Both the position numbers and the translations under genes were made by a program. From the NCBI GenBank assembly GCA_963693365.1, contig CAVNZM010000012.1, positions 4,144,409 through 4,208,408 of the forward strand: 64,000 nt of DNA, read 5' to 3'. The notes under the pieces were generated by a model. The model searched no databases. It had not been told where the DNA came from and was given only the letters and a program-made list of their open reading frames with translations. Positions 1 through 11,473 of this stretch are shown here, in pieces (position 1 is the stretch's first letter; every line of letters begins with the position of its first letter). This DNA comes from Amoebidium appalachense. Lineage: Eukaryota; Protista; Ichthyosporea.

Positions 1-38
1 CGTAGTAGTACCGCAGGAGGGCTTCCTCCTTTTCGGTT
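1..38 (-). CDS. Possible internal exon of a spliced gene running off the left edge
   Basis: Minus strand reads cctttttccag|aaccgaaaaggaggaagccctcctgcggtactactac, preceded by a C/T-rich tract; one frame gives TEKEEALLRYYY. Further candidate exons near 620-650 and 808-848 could not be joined reliably. Confidence 0.3.
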
Positions 39-176
39 CTGGAAAAAGGAATGGGTGTGATGATGAGTGTGTGGGAAGGAGAGAGACGGAGAGAAGGGGA
101 ATTTGAGGAAGGGAAGAGGTGTGTGTGGGGGGTGGGGGGGGAGGCAGGGGGGAGGAGTATTGGTGTGTGTGTGTTT

Positions 177-225
<49 letters not shown>

Positions 226-461
226 GTGTGTGTGTGTGTGTGCCCGCGCACGCGCGCTCGCATGTGTGTGTCGGGACCGTGTGCAGGTGGTTTACTCTTG
301 AAGAGGTCTTTGAAGAGCAACAGGGTGAGTGTGGACACACAGGGGAAAGGGGAGGGAGAATATGCATGGCGAGGGTGTTTTTTGTACAAAAACACAGCAC
401 GTGAAAATGTTGAGGTGAGGGGCAAATTTTTGCCTACGCATGCCACTGATAACGGATGTGT

Positions 462-548
462 GTCATAACGTGGGCACGTGGCTGTGTGTGATGCATGCAA
501 GTATGTCATAATGTGGGCACGTGGCTGTGTGTGATGCATGCAAGTATG
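462..548. repeat. 43-bp tandem duplication
   Basis: gtcataa(c/t)gtgggcacgtggctgtgtgtgatgcatgcaagtat occurs twice head to tail. Confidence 0.9.
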
Positions 549-1856
549 TGCGGGGGTGTGTCAGCGAATGAGTGAGTGGGTGATTTGAGTGTGTGTGTGT
601 ACAAAAGCACGGGTGCAGAACTGATTGTATGTTGGTGGCGGTCAAGTTGACCTAAAAAACTGCCGAGACATGTAGGGTGTGCAGGTGTCCGTGTATGCGC
701 ACAAGTGCACGTTTGTGTGTGTGTGTGTGTGTATGCGAGTGCACGTTTGTGTGTGTATGTGTATGAGTGCGGGTGTGCGTGTGAGCGCGTGCGTGCTATG
801 CGCATGACCGTAGGTGATTATGTAGAAGGCGTCACTTATAAGGGATGATCTAAAGATGTGAATGCACGACAAACCGCCGTATATTACTCAAAAAAGACGT
901 GCAGCTGTGGGAGATGTACAACCTGAACTTCAAAAAGTAGGTAAAAACATCAGAGAGACGAGTACAGCACTATCCTTGAGCAACGCGTATTCGAAAAAAA
1001 CAACTCCTTGTAAGCTCCCATAACTCCCTCCCTCACCCTAACCAGGAAAACGTGTCCCTCCTCAAGTTGGGCCCGCACCCGCAGTTTACGAAAATGCCAC
1101 GAATCTAACTTCAGAGATCTCAAAGGCGCCGAGCCTGTAACTCACCTCATTTTCAGAGCACTCGAAATGGCTTCATCACTAAGCTTCTCCTACTAACGTG
1201 CGTTTACGTTTTAGCCCTGCCGTTCTGGCCCCTTCTGTGATTAAGGGGAGGTGTGGACTGAGGCGATGTTTCCGCCTTGCCGTGCAGTCGGAACAGAAGT
1301 ATATTTTCCTCACTGTATGATTGACCGGTATTTCTACACCTCCTAAGCTAAACCTTCACTGTAAAAGGTAACACAACAAACAAGGAATCCCCTCCTTCAG
1401 TAGCGGCACCCCCACAAAAAAGCCTTTCGGACTGCTTTCCAGTTGATGTAGCTGGCCTGCAAGAGAGGATGATCACGGCCTTCAACTTACAATCAACTCC
1501 AAATTCAATCGAGACTCGTAGAGCGATCTGAAAATTTAAAAGTTGAAATGGCTGAGTTTGGCGACATTTCGGTGGTTATATTTAGCATTTTAGGCTATCT
1601 ATCGCCTTTTCTTGAAACGTTGCAGCTGCAAGCCTGCGGCCGTGGCCGGTGCGTCAAGGCTTGCCCGGCTCTGTTTTCAGATTCTTGACAGTGTTTACTG
1701 GATCCAATGCCTACAGAAAACATAAGCAATAAGTCGACCATTCAGATAAACATAGGGCGTGCAAGTCTTAGGTGCCTTCTGTAGGGAATAGGTCTGGTGG
1801 TGTTAGCCACGGTTGGTGATCACATCATTCGAAATGGAATGATCGTGGGTGGGTGT

Positions 1857-1899
<43 letters not shown>

Positions 1900-2074
1900 A
1901 GCCTAGGGTTCAGGGCTACCGTAGAATGCACTGGGAAGTAAGTGAACTTCCTTATCATTATGTATTTGTTTATTAAAGATAGCAATTTTAATTTTTATGT
2001 GGCCTGGGGTAGGGCGAGCGGAAGCGGGTCGTGAGGGGCTATCACGGTGGAGACAGCGAGGGGGAGCTCGAGGG

Positions 2075-2122
<48 letters not shown>

Positions 2123-2459
2123 ACGCACACGCACACGCACACACACACACCCACACACCCCCAATACGTACATACAACAGTCTGTGTTCGACAATCGCAG
2201 CGCATGGATGCACACTTACACGTAACAATATTGGTTTGATATTTGTCGCACACTAAGTGACGAGCAAGTCATAGATGATGGGTGCATCTTTTTTCCTCTG
2301 GGCCTGGGCCTGGGAGTAGACACTGATACGGCAATACTTAACAAAAAGATGTTCATTTCAATGTTTCCTGTTGCCAGGACATGCCAAACATGCATGAAAT
2401 TTGATAATACGTATACTGTCAGGCCTAGGGCTGCCCACTGGGGAGGGGTATAGACTCCG

Positions 2460-2652
2460 GAATTTGATAACGAACAGCACAACGCAGATCACACAAAATA
2501 GAATACGAAATTCATAACAGACAACACTTTGCAGATCACACATTACCACACATAAACAGTGTGCATCATGAGCCCATTCTTGGGGTTTGGTGCTATTTGG
2601 GGGGGGGGGGAGGCGGGTCATGACAAAGACTAGTACCCCAGTTTCGATCCCA

Positions 2653-2655
<3 letters not shown>
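2460..2655 (-). mobile_element. Degenerate copy of the poly-C-ending Penelope-like repeat family
   Basis: Minus strand has ggatcGAAACtggggtac ... aagaatGGGCTC ... tgcaaagtgttgtctgttatgaat, matching the copies at 44329 and 63340. Confidence 0.55.
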
Positions 2656-2690
<35 letters not shown>

Positions 2691-3077
2691 CTGAGGCTAT
2701 AGTCACTCCTTCGAAAAGATAGTGTGGTCAAGAGCAGAAGAGCAGGATCTGCGCCAGGCAACCTGTTTCGACTCAACGGCCCAAAATGTGTTTCTTTCAC
2801 TGCCTTCGAAACTCAAGGAAAACAGGCTGGATTTGCATACGGAAACTCACACTCCCAAACAGAAGGCAAATTTTTTTTTCCAGGAACGATGAGAACTTGT
2901 CTCCATGTCTCTCCCCCCCCCCCCCCCCCCCCCCCCCCAACAACAACAACAACAAAAAAAAGCCTCTTTTGTTTCCATACGTGCTTGCTCTTGCTCTCAT
3001 ACTATATTAAGAGGGATAAAATTTGCCGCAGTATACAGTATATATCATCGACCTTCTTCAAGCTTGCCCTTTACAAC

Positions 3078-3545
3078 CTACAGCTCGACCTTTTGCCGTG
3101 GTTTGCAGCAGCTTTCGACGGCCTTCTCATAAAGGCTCTCCACCTGTGTGGGGGAGCAACAATTGTGTAAATAGCGGGCACTGCATGGCAAGATATTCAG
3201 AATCTGTGGCACCAACGTTTATTCACACATATAAGCAAATTTGGTCTTCCCGTGAAATGTGCCGCCTGCAAAAAGTTTCTATCCCCTCACTGCCAAACTA
3301 ACCCCCCCCCCCTCCCCCCCCCCTCCCCCCCCCCTCCCCCCCCCCCCCCCCCTTCCCCCCCCCCCCCAAAAAAAGGACTTATGATGATTCTTGAAGATAT
3401 GTTATGTGTACCTGTACATTGTAACTGTTGTTAGCTAGCTAACAATACCGTAGCACCCTAGCTAGAGTACTGTCGGTGCTGGGTGGAAGACGGTAGTTCC
3501 CCATGAGGGCCCCAAGGGGTCCCTCCGGGAGCAAAACGGGATATC

Positions 3546-3588
<43 letters not shown>

Positions 3589-3720
3589 GTACATGGTAAC
3601 TGTCATGGGCTCGGGTGTTGTGTTCTGACTTCCGTGAGTGCTCTGGGTACCTGCCTGTGGGAAGTGATGGCGCAGTTTGCGTGTGTGAATGTGTGCAGGA
3701 GGTGTAGGTGTGTGTGTGTG

Positions 3721-3754
<34 letters not shown>

Positions 3755-3911
3755 AGTCGATAGTGTGCAAAGCATTTTGCCAGGGAACCTTGAAACACAC
3801 ACTGAGGAGTGCGAAACACCATCACTTGAACCTGAAAAATTCACGTGCCCAGTGTGGTTTTTTTGTGGGACAGGTGGGGGTGGGTGGGTGGGTGGGTGGG
3901 TGTGTGTGTGT

Positions 3912-3948
<37 letters not shown>

Positions 3949-4472
3949 TACCTCTGCCCAGTTGACGACATACCACCAGCTTGAGATGTAGTCGGGGCGC
4001 CTGTTCTGGTAGTTGAGGTAGTAGGCATGCTCCCATACGTCCAGGCAGAGAATCGGCGTGTGACCAACCTGCAACATGCATAATTGTTCAGCTAATGTGG
4101 TTAGAAATTGGGAGAAACGAGGGGACGAATTGTGTTGTGATTAATGAGAGGTGCCATGGCGCCCATAGCTGGCACTTCTTAGAACTTAGGCTGGAATAAG
4201 TTTCTAGGAAAATGAAAACATGGGTGGGCAGAAAACCAGTAGGGTTACTAAACATGTAAGGAGGATGTGAGGAGGTGGTGGTAGCGATTGTAATAATTTT
4301 GGTACCGAGGGGACGTTGGGGGGGAGGGGGGGGGGAGGGGGGATGATCAAGAGGAAGGCAGTGGGGGGAGCGATTGGGGCGAGAGGGGGGGGGGTGTATA
4401 TGCATACCATTAACAAGACAGGTACATGCACGTAGCAAGCATATAGGAGACGAGGGGAAATGAAGGCGGTGG

Positions 4473-4506
<34 letters not shown>

Positions 4507-5257
4507 GAATGCGTCATTAAGTACGAAGTGCACATGAACAACGGATAACACGATGCAGAATGCAAACCATACATAAAGAGTATGCATAATAAGCAGAGCC
4601 CATCCTCAGGGGGGGCCTACATCATCCGGGGGCCGGGGGGGGGGGGGGGGGGGGGGGGGATAGGATCGTATTTTTTTCGGGGCGGAGGGGGGGGGGGGGG
4701 GGGGGGGATCGCTTTTTTCTTTTTTTTTTTTTTTTTTTTTTGTGGGGGGGGGGGGGGGGGGGGGGTATGATTACGGTCATGGCAGGGGTATCCTGGTTCG
4801 GTGTGGTGGTGATTTTGAGGCGTGGGGGGTCCTGGTTGCTGTCGAGATACAGCCACACCCAGCCAGACCCAAACAGACCCGCCGCCTGCTTGGAGAACTC
4901 GGACACAAATTTGTCGTAGCCCCCAAACTCATCATGGAGGGCATCGTGTAGTGCCCCCTGTAAACAATAAGAGGTAATAAGAGGTTAGATGTTTTCCTTT
5001 CTCTCCTTTTTTTTTTTTTGTGTGTGTGTGTGTGTGTGGAAGGGGGGGGGGGAGAAGGGGGGGGGGGGGGGGGGGGAGGGGGGTCGCCCTCTGGCATAAA
5101 ATGTTCTGTCCTCGGAGACATTTTTTCCTTCGTCTTTTTCCCTGATCGACTTGTTCTGTGTTACGAGAACCTTGATCGGAACGGCCGGACGCGTTTGAAT
5201 TAGTGTGTTTACACGTGTGTCATGTGTAATGTGTCCATGTACATGTTTGTGTGCCGT

Positions 5258-5304
<47 letters not shown>

Positions 5305-5559
5305 CAACGGGTGTTTGTGTGGGTTGGTGCATGGCCGTGTTGGTAATTGTGGATGTGTGTGTGTGTGTGTGTTTGCGCGCGCGCACGCGCACGTGCGTGC
5401 GTGTGTTTGTGTGTGTTTGCATGTGTGTGATAATCGTGGTGGTGGTGTGGCCGACCTTTTCTTTTGGGTTGCGGGGACATACCCACTCGACACACACTCC
5501 ATGCACTTACCCAAAAGTCATCCACTAACGAAAGAGTTCATGTATTTTAAAGGAAAAAA

Positions 5560-5596
<37 letters not shown>

Positions 5597-5642
5597 TGTA
5601 TTGCATAGGGTGGCAAACATGGAAGTTGAAACTTAGAGACGG

Positions 5643-5684
<42 letters not shown>

Positions 5685-5977
5685 AAAAACACAAAACACA
5701 CACACCCAAAAATAAGACAATTTTGCCGGACGTAAAAAAACACTTGAACAGAGCCCGGGGGGGGCTCCCTTGCCCCCACAAAAGAATAGTTTTAACCCTT
5801 TAACCTCTTGTGTGTGGTTTCCACCCCATCCTCTGCTTGGTCAATAATGGGTAAGTCAACCCGTCGTGGCGGTGTTGATATTTTCCCTTTCTCTCTCTCT
5901 CTCTCTCCCCCTCCCCCCCCCCCCCTCTCTCTCTCTTTTTATTTTATTTATTTATTTTTATTTATTTTTATTTTATT

Positions 5978-6008
<31 letters not shown>

Positions 6009-6529
6009 GGGCAATACCTTAACTAGTGTGCTTGGACCGCCGTGTGGGCTCATGATTTTCCAAAAGAGGTCGTGGTTGACATATCCACCACCACTGCATT
6101 GAGACACGTGGTCAGGGGGAAAATATGGCCAACATATTGCTTAATTAAGGTTAATGATATATAAATGGAGATGTGGCTATGAGTGTGCTATCCCAAAAAA
6201 AAAAATCATTTTTCTGGAGAGGATAAGCTGTAAGCAAGAGGAATGGAAAACAAGAATGGACTACGTGGTGACAAAGATGAATTCGAATTTTTCAGGAATC
6301 AAGGACACAGAGTAACTAGCAATGAGGGCATGCAGATAAAAAAATAAACAGATAGGGATGGGTGTTGGGGATGGGAAAGGAGACCAGGGGAGAAGGAGAA
6401 AAAAGGGGGAACGAGGGGGGAGGGGGAAGGAGGAGGGGGAGGGGGGGCAAGCGCATGATGTAAACGGAACTGGGAGGGTGGGGGAGGCGGGCCGGAGCGC
6501 ACGAGGCTCAAGGGGCAGGCAACGGGGAA

Positions 6530-6569
<40 letters not shown>

Positions 6570-7759
6570 GGGGGGAGGGGGGGAGGCGGGGAGGGGGGGG
6601 GAGCACACGTCGACTTACTGATTTCTCAGTGTTACGCGATGAGGCTCAGGAACATCAGCTAGGCGCGTGAGAAGCGTATCAATGCCCAGCTTGGCAAGGT
6701 GTTTGTGTTTAGGGTCCTCACGCAGTGCAGCAAGGGCTGCATTTGCCTTGTCTGTGTATGCTTGGTGGTGCTTGAGATGGTGTGTCCGCATCGTGGCTTC
6801 GTCGATGTAGGGTTCAAGTGCATTATACTCGTAGGGCTGTGTATAGCAATGAGGTGCAAGAGCAGCAGGGAGGAAGAGTGGGGGGAAGGGAGAGGGGTGG
6901 AGGAGAGCAGGGGCGGAGGGGCGGCAGGGGAAGAAGGGGGGGCCGGGGGGGGGGGGGGGGGGGGGGGGGGGCAGGTGGTGGGTTTAGTGTACGGTGAGGC
7001 CTCCACCATTAAGGGGAAGGAGGGCCAGGCAAGGAAGAAGAAATGGTTGAAAGAGGAGGAAGTGGGCTAGGGAGGGGGGGGGGGGGGGGGGGGGGGGGAG
7101 GATCCGGTAAAGAAAGAGGGAGGGAAAAGGGAAAAGTTGCGTCTTGAAGAGAAATAGAAAGCCCCAATGCAAAAAGGTCAAGAGCAAACAGAGCAAACAT
7201 CAGGCAGGGTGTATTCGAGAGCGCGTACAGGGCTAGCCATAAAAAATCTTACACAGTAGCATACAGGCGTGCAAAAACAAGGATGCAAGCGCAGAAACTC
7301 CCATGCAAGCACATAAACTCCCTGTTGTGAGAGTAGGGAAGGTGCACAAAAAGGCAGCAGTGCGCAGGTTAAGCTGTGGCTTTCTACCTTGTGGTGCAAT
7401 GGTCTTCCACTCACTCCCCAACTGTTAGGCAAACCGTCTTTTCGCAACCCCCGTTCTTTCCCTTATCCCATCCTTGCATCCCCTCCTCCCCCATGCCTCC
7501 CTCCTCTTTGCCCCCGCCCAACCCCACCTCTCCCTCCTCCTCCCTCCCCCCCCCCCCCCCCCCCCTCCGCCGACCTTTCCTCCCCTAAACCCTACCCTTC
7601 CCTCCCTCCCTCCCCCTGGCAAGCCCGCAAAACACTTAACGTATTTCCTAGATCCACTTTCTTTAAATATGCTCCACTTACCAGTGGGGGCAAAGGCAGG
7701 TTTTGTCCGAAGGCCACAAAGGCAAGCGCAGCGATCAGCAATGGCCTAAGAAAAGCCAT
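3078..7759 (-). CDS. Fe/Mn superoxide dismutase (Mn-type signatures), 245 aa, N-terminal signal peptide and C-terminal KVEL
   Basis: Exons 7759-7682, 6836-6619, 6093-6018, 4957-4775, 4068-3952, 3143-3078, all GT-AG and in phase. Reads [53 protein letters not shown]...[13 protein letters not shown]...FGSGWVWL...NQD...DVWEHAYY...[24 protein letters not shown]. All four metal ligands are present. Confidence 0.95.
4505..4630 (-). mobile_element. 3' fragment of the Penelope-like repeat (subfamily A) in an SOD intron
   Basis: Closely matches 48291-48400 and the reverse complement of 63396-63518; runs cccCTGAGGATGGGCTCTG...gacgcattcaa then poly-C. Confidence 0.85.
5690..5770 (-). mobile_element. 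Degenerate fragment of repeat subfamily B
   Basis: Minus strand ccccGGGCTCTGTTCAAGTGT is shared with the copies at 54215 and 55543. Confidence 0.45.
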
Positions 7760-8006
7760 GTTTCTACTGCTCACCAAGAACGGGCAATACTGTAAACGTG
7801 TTGGTTTGGTGGCCAATACAGCGGCCTCTCTTTATCCTTCCTTTACAAAGCAAGTGTTGTTTTGTTTTGTTTGCGTGTTTCAGTGATCACTGAGTACAAT
7901 GAGTGGGTCAATGAGTGCCACGCATTTCAAAGTTTCCCATAAAAGGCGACATGGTGCTGGTTTCTATTGGCTGATTCAGCACCACGGCTCACGGTGACGC
8001 TGTGAG

Positions 8007-8237
8007 AGTGAGCCGCTTCGCGTTAATCTAAATATATAAATATCTGGGGTTTACGCTGTTTACTCGAGGCAAAGAGAACCAGTCTCAGGTATGGGGGGGG
8101 TTTTGCTCGGAATATCCCCTCAGCGGTATATCATGATCACGTACATAGATGTCGGGTGGTGACTATATATCAGGGTTTACTTTCTCTACGAGACACCATA
8201 AAGACTACAAGGAGAAATCAATTAGTTGGGGTTCCCC

Positions 8238-8295
<58 letters not shown>

Positions 8296-8327
8296 GGGCT
8301 CCCCTCGGGACACTCGGTATCAGCTGG

Positions 8328-8386
<59 letters not shown>

Positions 8387-9016
8387 TGTGTGTGTGTGCG
8401 CGTGCGCTATAATTTTGTAGTGATGTGTTTCTCAAGCCAATCAATACACCTAATAAACAGGTCGTAGTTACGCGTGTTTAGTATAAAATCAAGGATGTTG
8501 TAATTTACAGGTAGGCTATCTTTCTGGGTGTCTGTTGTGAATGTGACGTGTGTGTGTTGCGGTATTATGTGGTCTATCAAACTACATTTGGCGATACATG
8601 ACCGGTTAAACTGGTGTGTGTGTGTGTTGTTTGGGCATGCAAATGATGCCACCTTATACTTATTAGATCTCCACATAAATATCTAGATTGTTAAATTTAC
8701 GTATAAAGCTTCCGCAATCCGATTGATTTGTTCATTTTTAAAGTTTGCATAAAATCTAGATTGATTTCGACCTTCTGCCAGATGGGCGCATCTGGAAGAG
8801 GGGGTGGGGGAGGGGGGTCTTTTAGATGTCTGGGATGAGACGATTGTTCCTTGTAAATATCTCTTATCCAATAGATTTGCGATCTACGATCTAAAAAATT
8901 CAGTTTCTAAACTGCTCTACGCGAATCGAGCAGACTTTTTGATATTTAGAGAACGGCATTGGTTCTCTAAATTCGCCGAGTATTTAGATATTTAGATCAA
9001 CGCAAAGCGACTCACT
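8007..9016. mobile_element. About 1 kb non-coding element bounded by 36-bp terminal inverted repeats (MITE-like)
   Basis: 8007-8042 agtgagccgcttcgcgttaatctaaatatataaata is the reverse complement of 8981-9016 with 4 mismatches. Many internal TTTAGAT/ATCTA motifs. No target-site duplication seen. Confidence 0.7.
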
Positions 9017-9225
9017 GACTAGGGGCCGCTCACTGGGGTCGAGTTCTCACTTCTGAGTGACTCCTCAGTGAGGTCCGCGTGTCACTCCGCCACCGCGAGT
9101 CCTCTCTGGGTCACGATGGGAGCAAAGACTAGTTACATACAGTAACTTGCTCTGCGGGGGGGCCTCGTGTGTTACAAATTTCTCTCTCAATTTCACTGCT
9201 TCTGTTACCCCCTCCCCCCCCCCCC

Positions 9226-9262
<37 letters not shown>

Positions 9263-10053
9263 ACCCCGGGTGTACTAAGTATCATCGGGTGTGTATGTGT
9301 GTGTGTGCGCGCGCACCGTGTGTGCGTGCATGTCAGAGAAGGGAGATATGGAAGAGAAACACCCGGGGGAAGAAGTGGGTGGTGAGGCAAAGCAAAACGG
9401 AGAAGACCCGGGGACGGCGAAAAGGATGGAGAGAAGAGAAACGTTAACAGTCAGGGCAGCAACAGAGACGTCGACTGAAGCAGGAGTACATGCACAATGT
9501 GAGAAAACCGAGTTGGGAGTTGGGAGGCAAGGAAGTGAAGGATAGGAAGAGAATGGGGGGCAAGCGGAAAAGAGGAAGGGGGAGAGAGGGTGAGGGAAAG
9601 TGGACATAAAGAAAAAGCACGAGCACACCACGCACACATGCACGCAGGCAGCACATAGGAGTGGGATAGCGGAGGGAGCCTGCTGGGTGAGATCAGAGTC
9701 GAAGTCTCTGGGACTAGGGAGCCCTGATATGGCCGAAGTATCTTAGTCGTCGTCATGTGTTACCGACCAGTTTTATTTTGCCCTACTAAGCTAACAGTCA
9801 AGAGTGCGTACACTGCATTTTGCATGCCATGCTAAGTTATCATCATTATCCGGATCCCATATGGCCATGGTGCCCAACGGGTACTAACTTATGATCTAGT
9901 GTACTAATATTAGTATACACAGCAGCGGCCGCTACTAAGATGTGTACTAAACGAACCGGTATATCATACTCGTATCCAGGTCCTATCATGGTACTAGTTA
10001 TGGGCCAAGTTGGCGGCCATCTTCACAAGTGAGCCTTAGTGGATGGGGAGCTT

Positions 10054-10269
10054 CTATACACGGTCCATACAGTCGTCGACACAGTCGAAGTACCTGACAT
10101 GGTACTTGCCATGGCAATCGTACAGGCAGGTGAAAATCTCGGCGCCGCGGTCTCTCTCGAGTCGTCGTCACGCCTAGGCCTTGGCATCCGTACGCGTGCC
10201 TCGCCGGGGGCGGCAAGAAGGCCTAGCTGGGGCAGTGGCGGTGGCGACCAGAAGCAAGGAAGCCTTCAT
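10054..10269 (-). pseudogene. Disrupted gene for a small secreted CX3CX10CX3C peptide (copy 1)
   Basis: gccgccaccATG at 10269; MKASLLLVATATA, then a shifted frame LGLLAAPGEAR, then EIFTCLYDCHGKYHVRYFDCVDDCMDRV*. The ATG frame has two stops upstream of the Cys motif. Confidence 0.7.
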
Positions 10270-10641
10270 GGTGGCGGCTGAAAACGTTTCAAAGTAGGTG
10301 CTCGCCAAAACTCGACGGACCGGCGTGTCTACGTGTGTGACTCGGTATGTTGGACCAGCGCAGCGTTTGAAACTCCGTTTGAAACAGAAACAGCAGAACA
10401 GCGACCGATGTTAGATGGATAAAACAGAAGATACCAAATGCATTTTTTTTGGCTTCCTGTTTATTCCGGCGAATTCCGCTGTTTGTAACAACTTTGATTT
10501 TCCCTAACGATTAGCTAATTTACCTTTTTAAATTTTTACAGATGTTTAAATATTCCGTATGCTGTGATTCCAGCCCTCTAAAATCACAGTTGCTGAAACA
10601 AAGTCACGCAGCGTTTGTACGACGGCGCATAACCTGAGTGA

Positions 10642-10803
10642 CTGTTTCTGTTCCGAAATCCCCTGTCCGTGTTGTGTTTCCCTGGTGAGGCACAAATGTC
10701 ACCCGAGGACATGAAATTTTGCCTGTATGAGTGCGACGAAAAGCTCAATTAAGAGTTTTACGACTGTATCGACGACTGCGTAACTGACTCGGAGCTATTA
10801 TAA
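10642..10803 (+). pseudogene. Disrupted paralog of the CX3CX10CX3C peptide (copy 2)
   Basis: LFLFRNPLSVLCFPGEAQMSPEDMKFCLYECDEKLN*EFYDCIDDCVTDSELL*. It shares PGEA, CLYxC and DCxDDC with copy 1, has an in-frame TAA and lacks an upstream ATG for the hydrophobic leader. Confidence 0.7.
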
Positions 10804-11008
10804 CCGTTGACTATTTAGTCGAGCTCCTGCATTGCCACACTTGAATTCAAGTATGGGGTTTACACACTTTGTATTGCGTGGACACTGCCGGAGGCCCAGC
10901 CACATTCGACGGCCTACTGCGTTTTCCAGCGCAGCCAATCAAATGCAGCCAGTGACATATGTACATGCTAGGCAACAATGAGCGCCATCGTAGTATATGA
11001 CACCCCTA

Positions 11009-11473
11009 TTACATATTATGGGTAAGCAGAGGTAGCTCCGAAAGAAAGTTAAGGCACCGGATCACAATATCATACTGTGCAGCATTAATAAGGTGATCTA
11101 GGATAGTCATCTTAAAACGGATATATTGAGGAAGAGAGGAAGAAAAGAGAATAAAACCGCCAATAACCACCGGTTCTAATACGTTAGCTAACAGTTTGCA
11201 CTTATTGATAGATTTGCAGCCGCGATCGCGAGTAAACCCCCCCACACATACTAAGTTACACATACGAGCAGGAGACACCAGAAACCGATTACACCGCCAA
11301 GCCATAATCATCTTTGCGTTTTTACACCACACCACATTACGAATAAACGAATCTATGTATGAACGAGACTCTCTAACCGTATCCGCCATATAGGCTACTA
11401 GTAGTCGGTGTTTTTGCGGTCCTAACACCGGAAGGGACTCAACACGTAGAGTAAAAAGATATCTATCAGCCAT
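11009..11473 (-). CDS. Orphan intronless ORF, 154 aa
   Basis: ATG-to-TAA ORF in non-repetitive, relatively AT-rich sequence; no motif recognised; codon use differs from the GC3-rich neighbours. Confidence 0.3.
   Translation of the reverse strand: MADRYLFTLRVESLPVLGPQKHRLLVAYMADTVRESRSYIDSFIRNVVWCKNAKMIMAWRCNRFLVSPARMCNLVCVGGFTRDRGCKSINKCKLLANVLEPVVIGGFILFSSSLPQYIRFKMTILDHLINAAQYDIVIRCLNFLSELPLLTHNM

Noticed and set aside
1-38. Resemblance of EKEEALLRYYY to an axonemal dynein N-terminal motif
   Set aside because: Twelve residues in one of three open frames is too little to name a gene.
3458-3660. Alternative SOD last exon
   Set aside because: No SOD-like continuation; 3143-3078 has a good acceptor and gives the expected WAEVxxxYExA helix.
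6985-7066. Possible extra SOD exon ([14 protein letters not shown]...)
   Set aside because: LPPL joins directly to PYEYNALEP as in the family consensus; an insertion would split the motif.
10750-10752. In-frame TAA as a sign of stop-codon reassignment
   Set aside because: TAA and TAG terminate the chitinase, four-TM, SOD and ESD genes, and no intact gene has internal stops.
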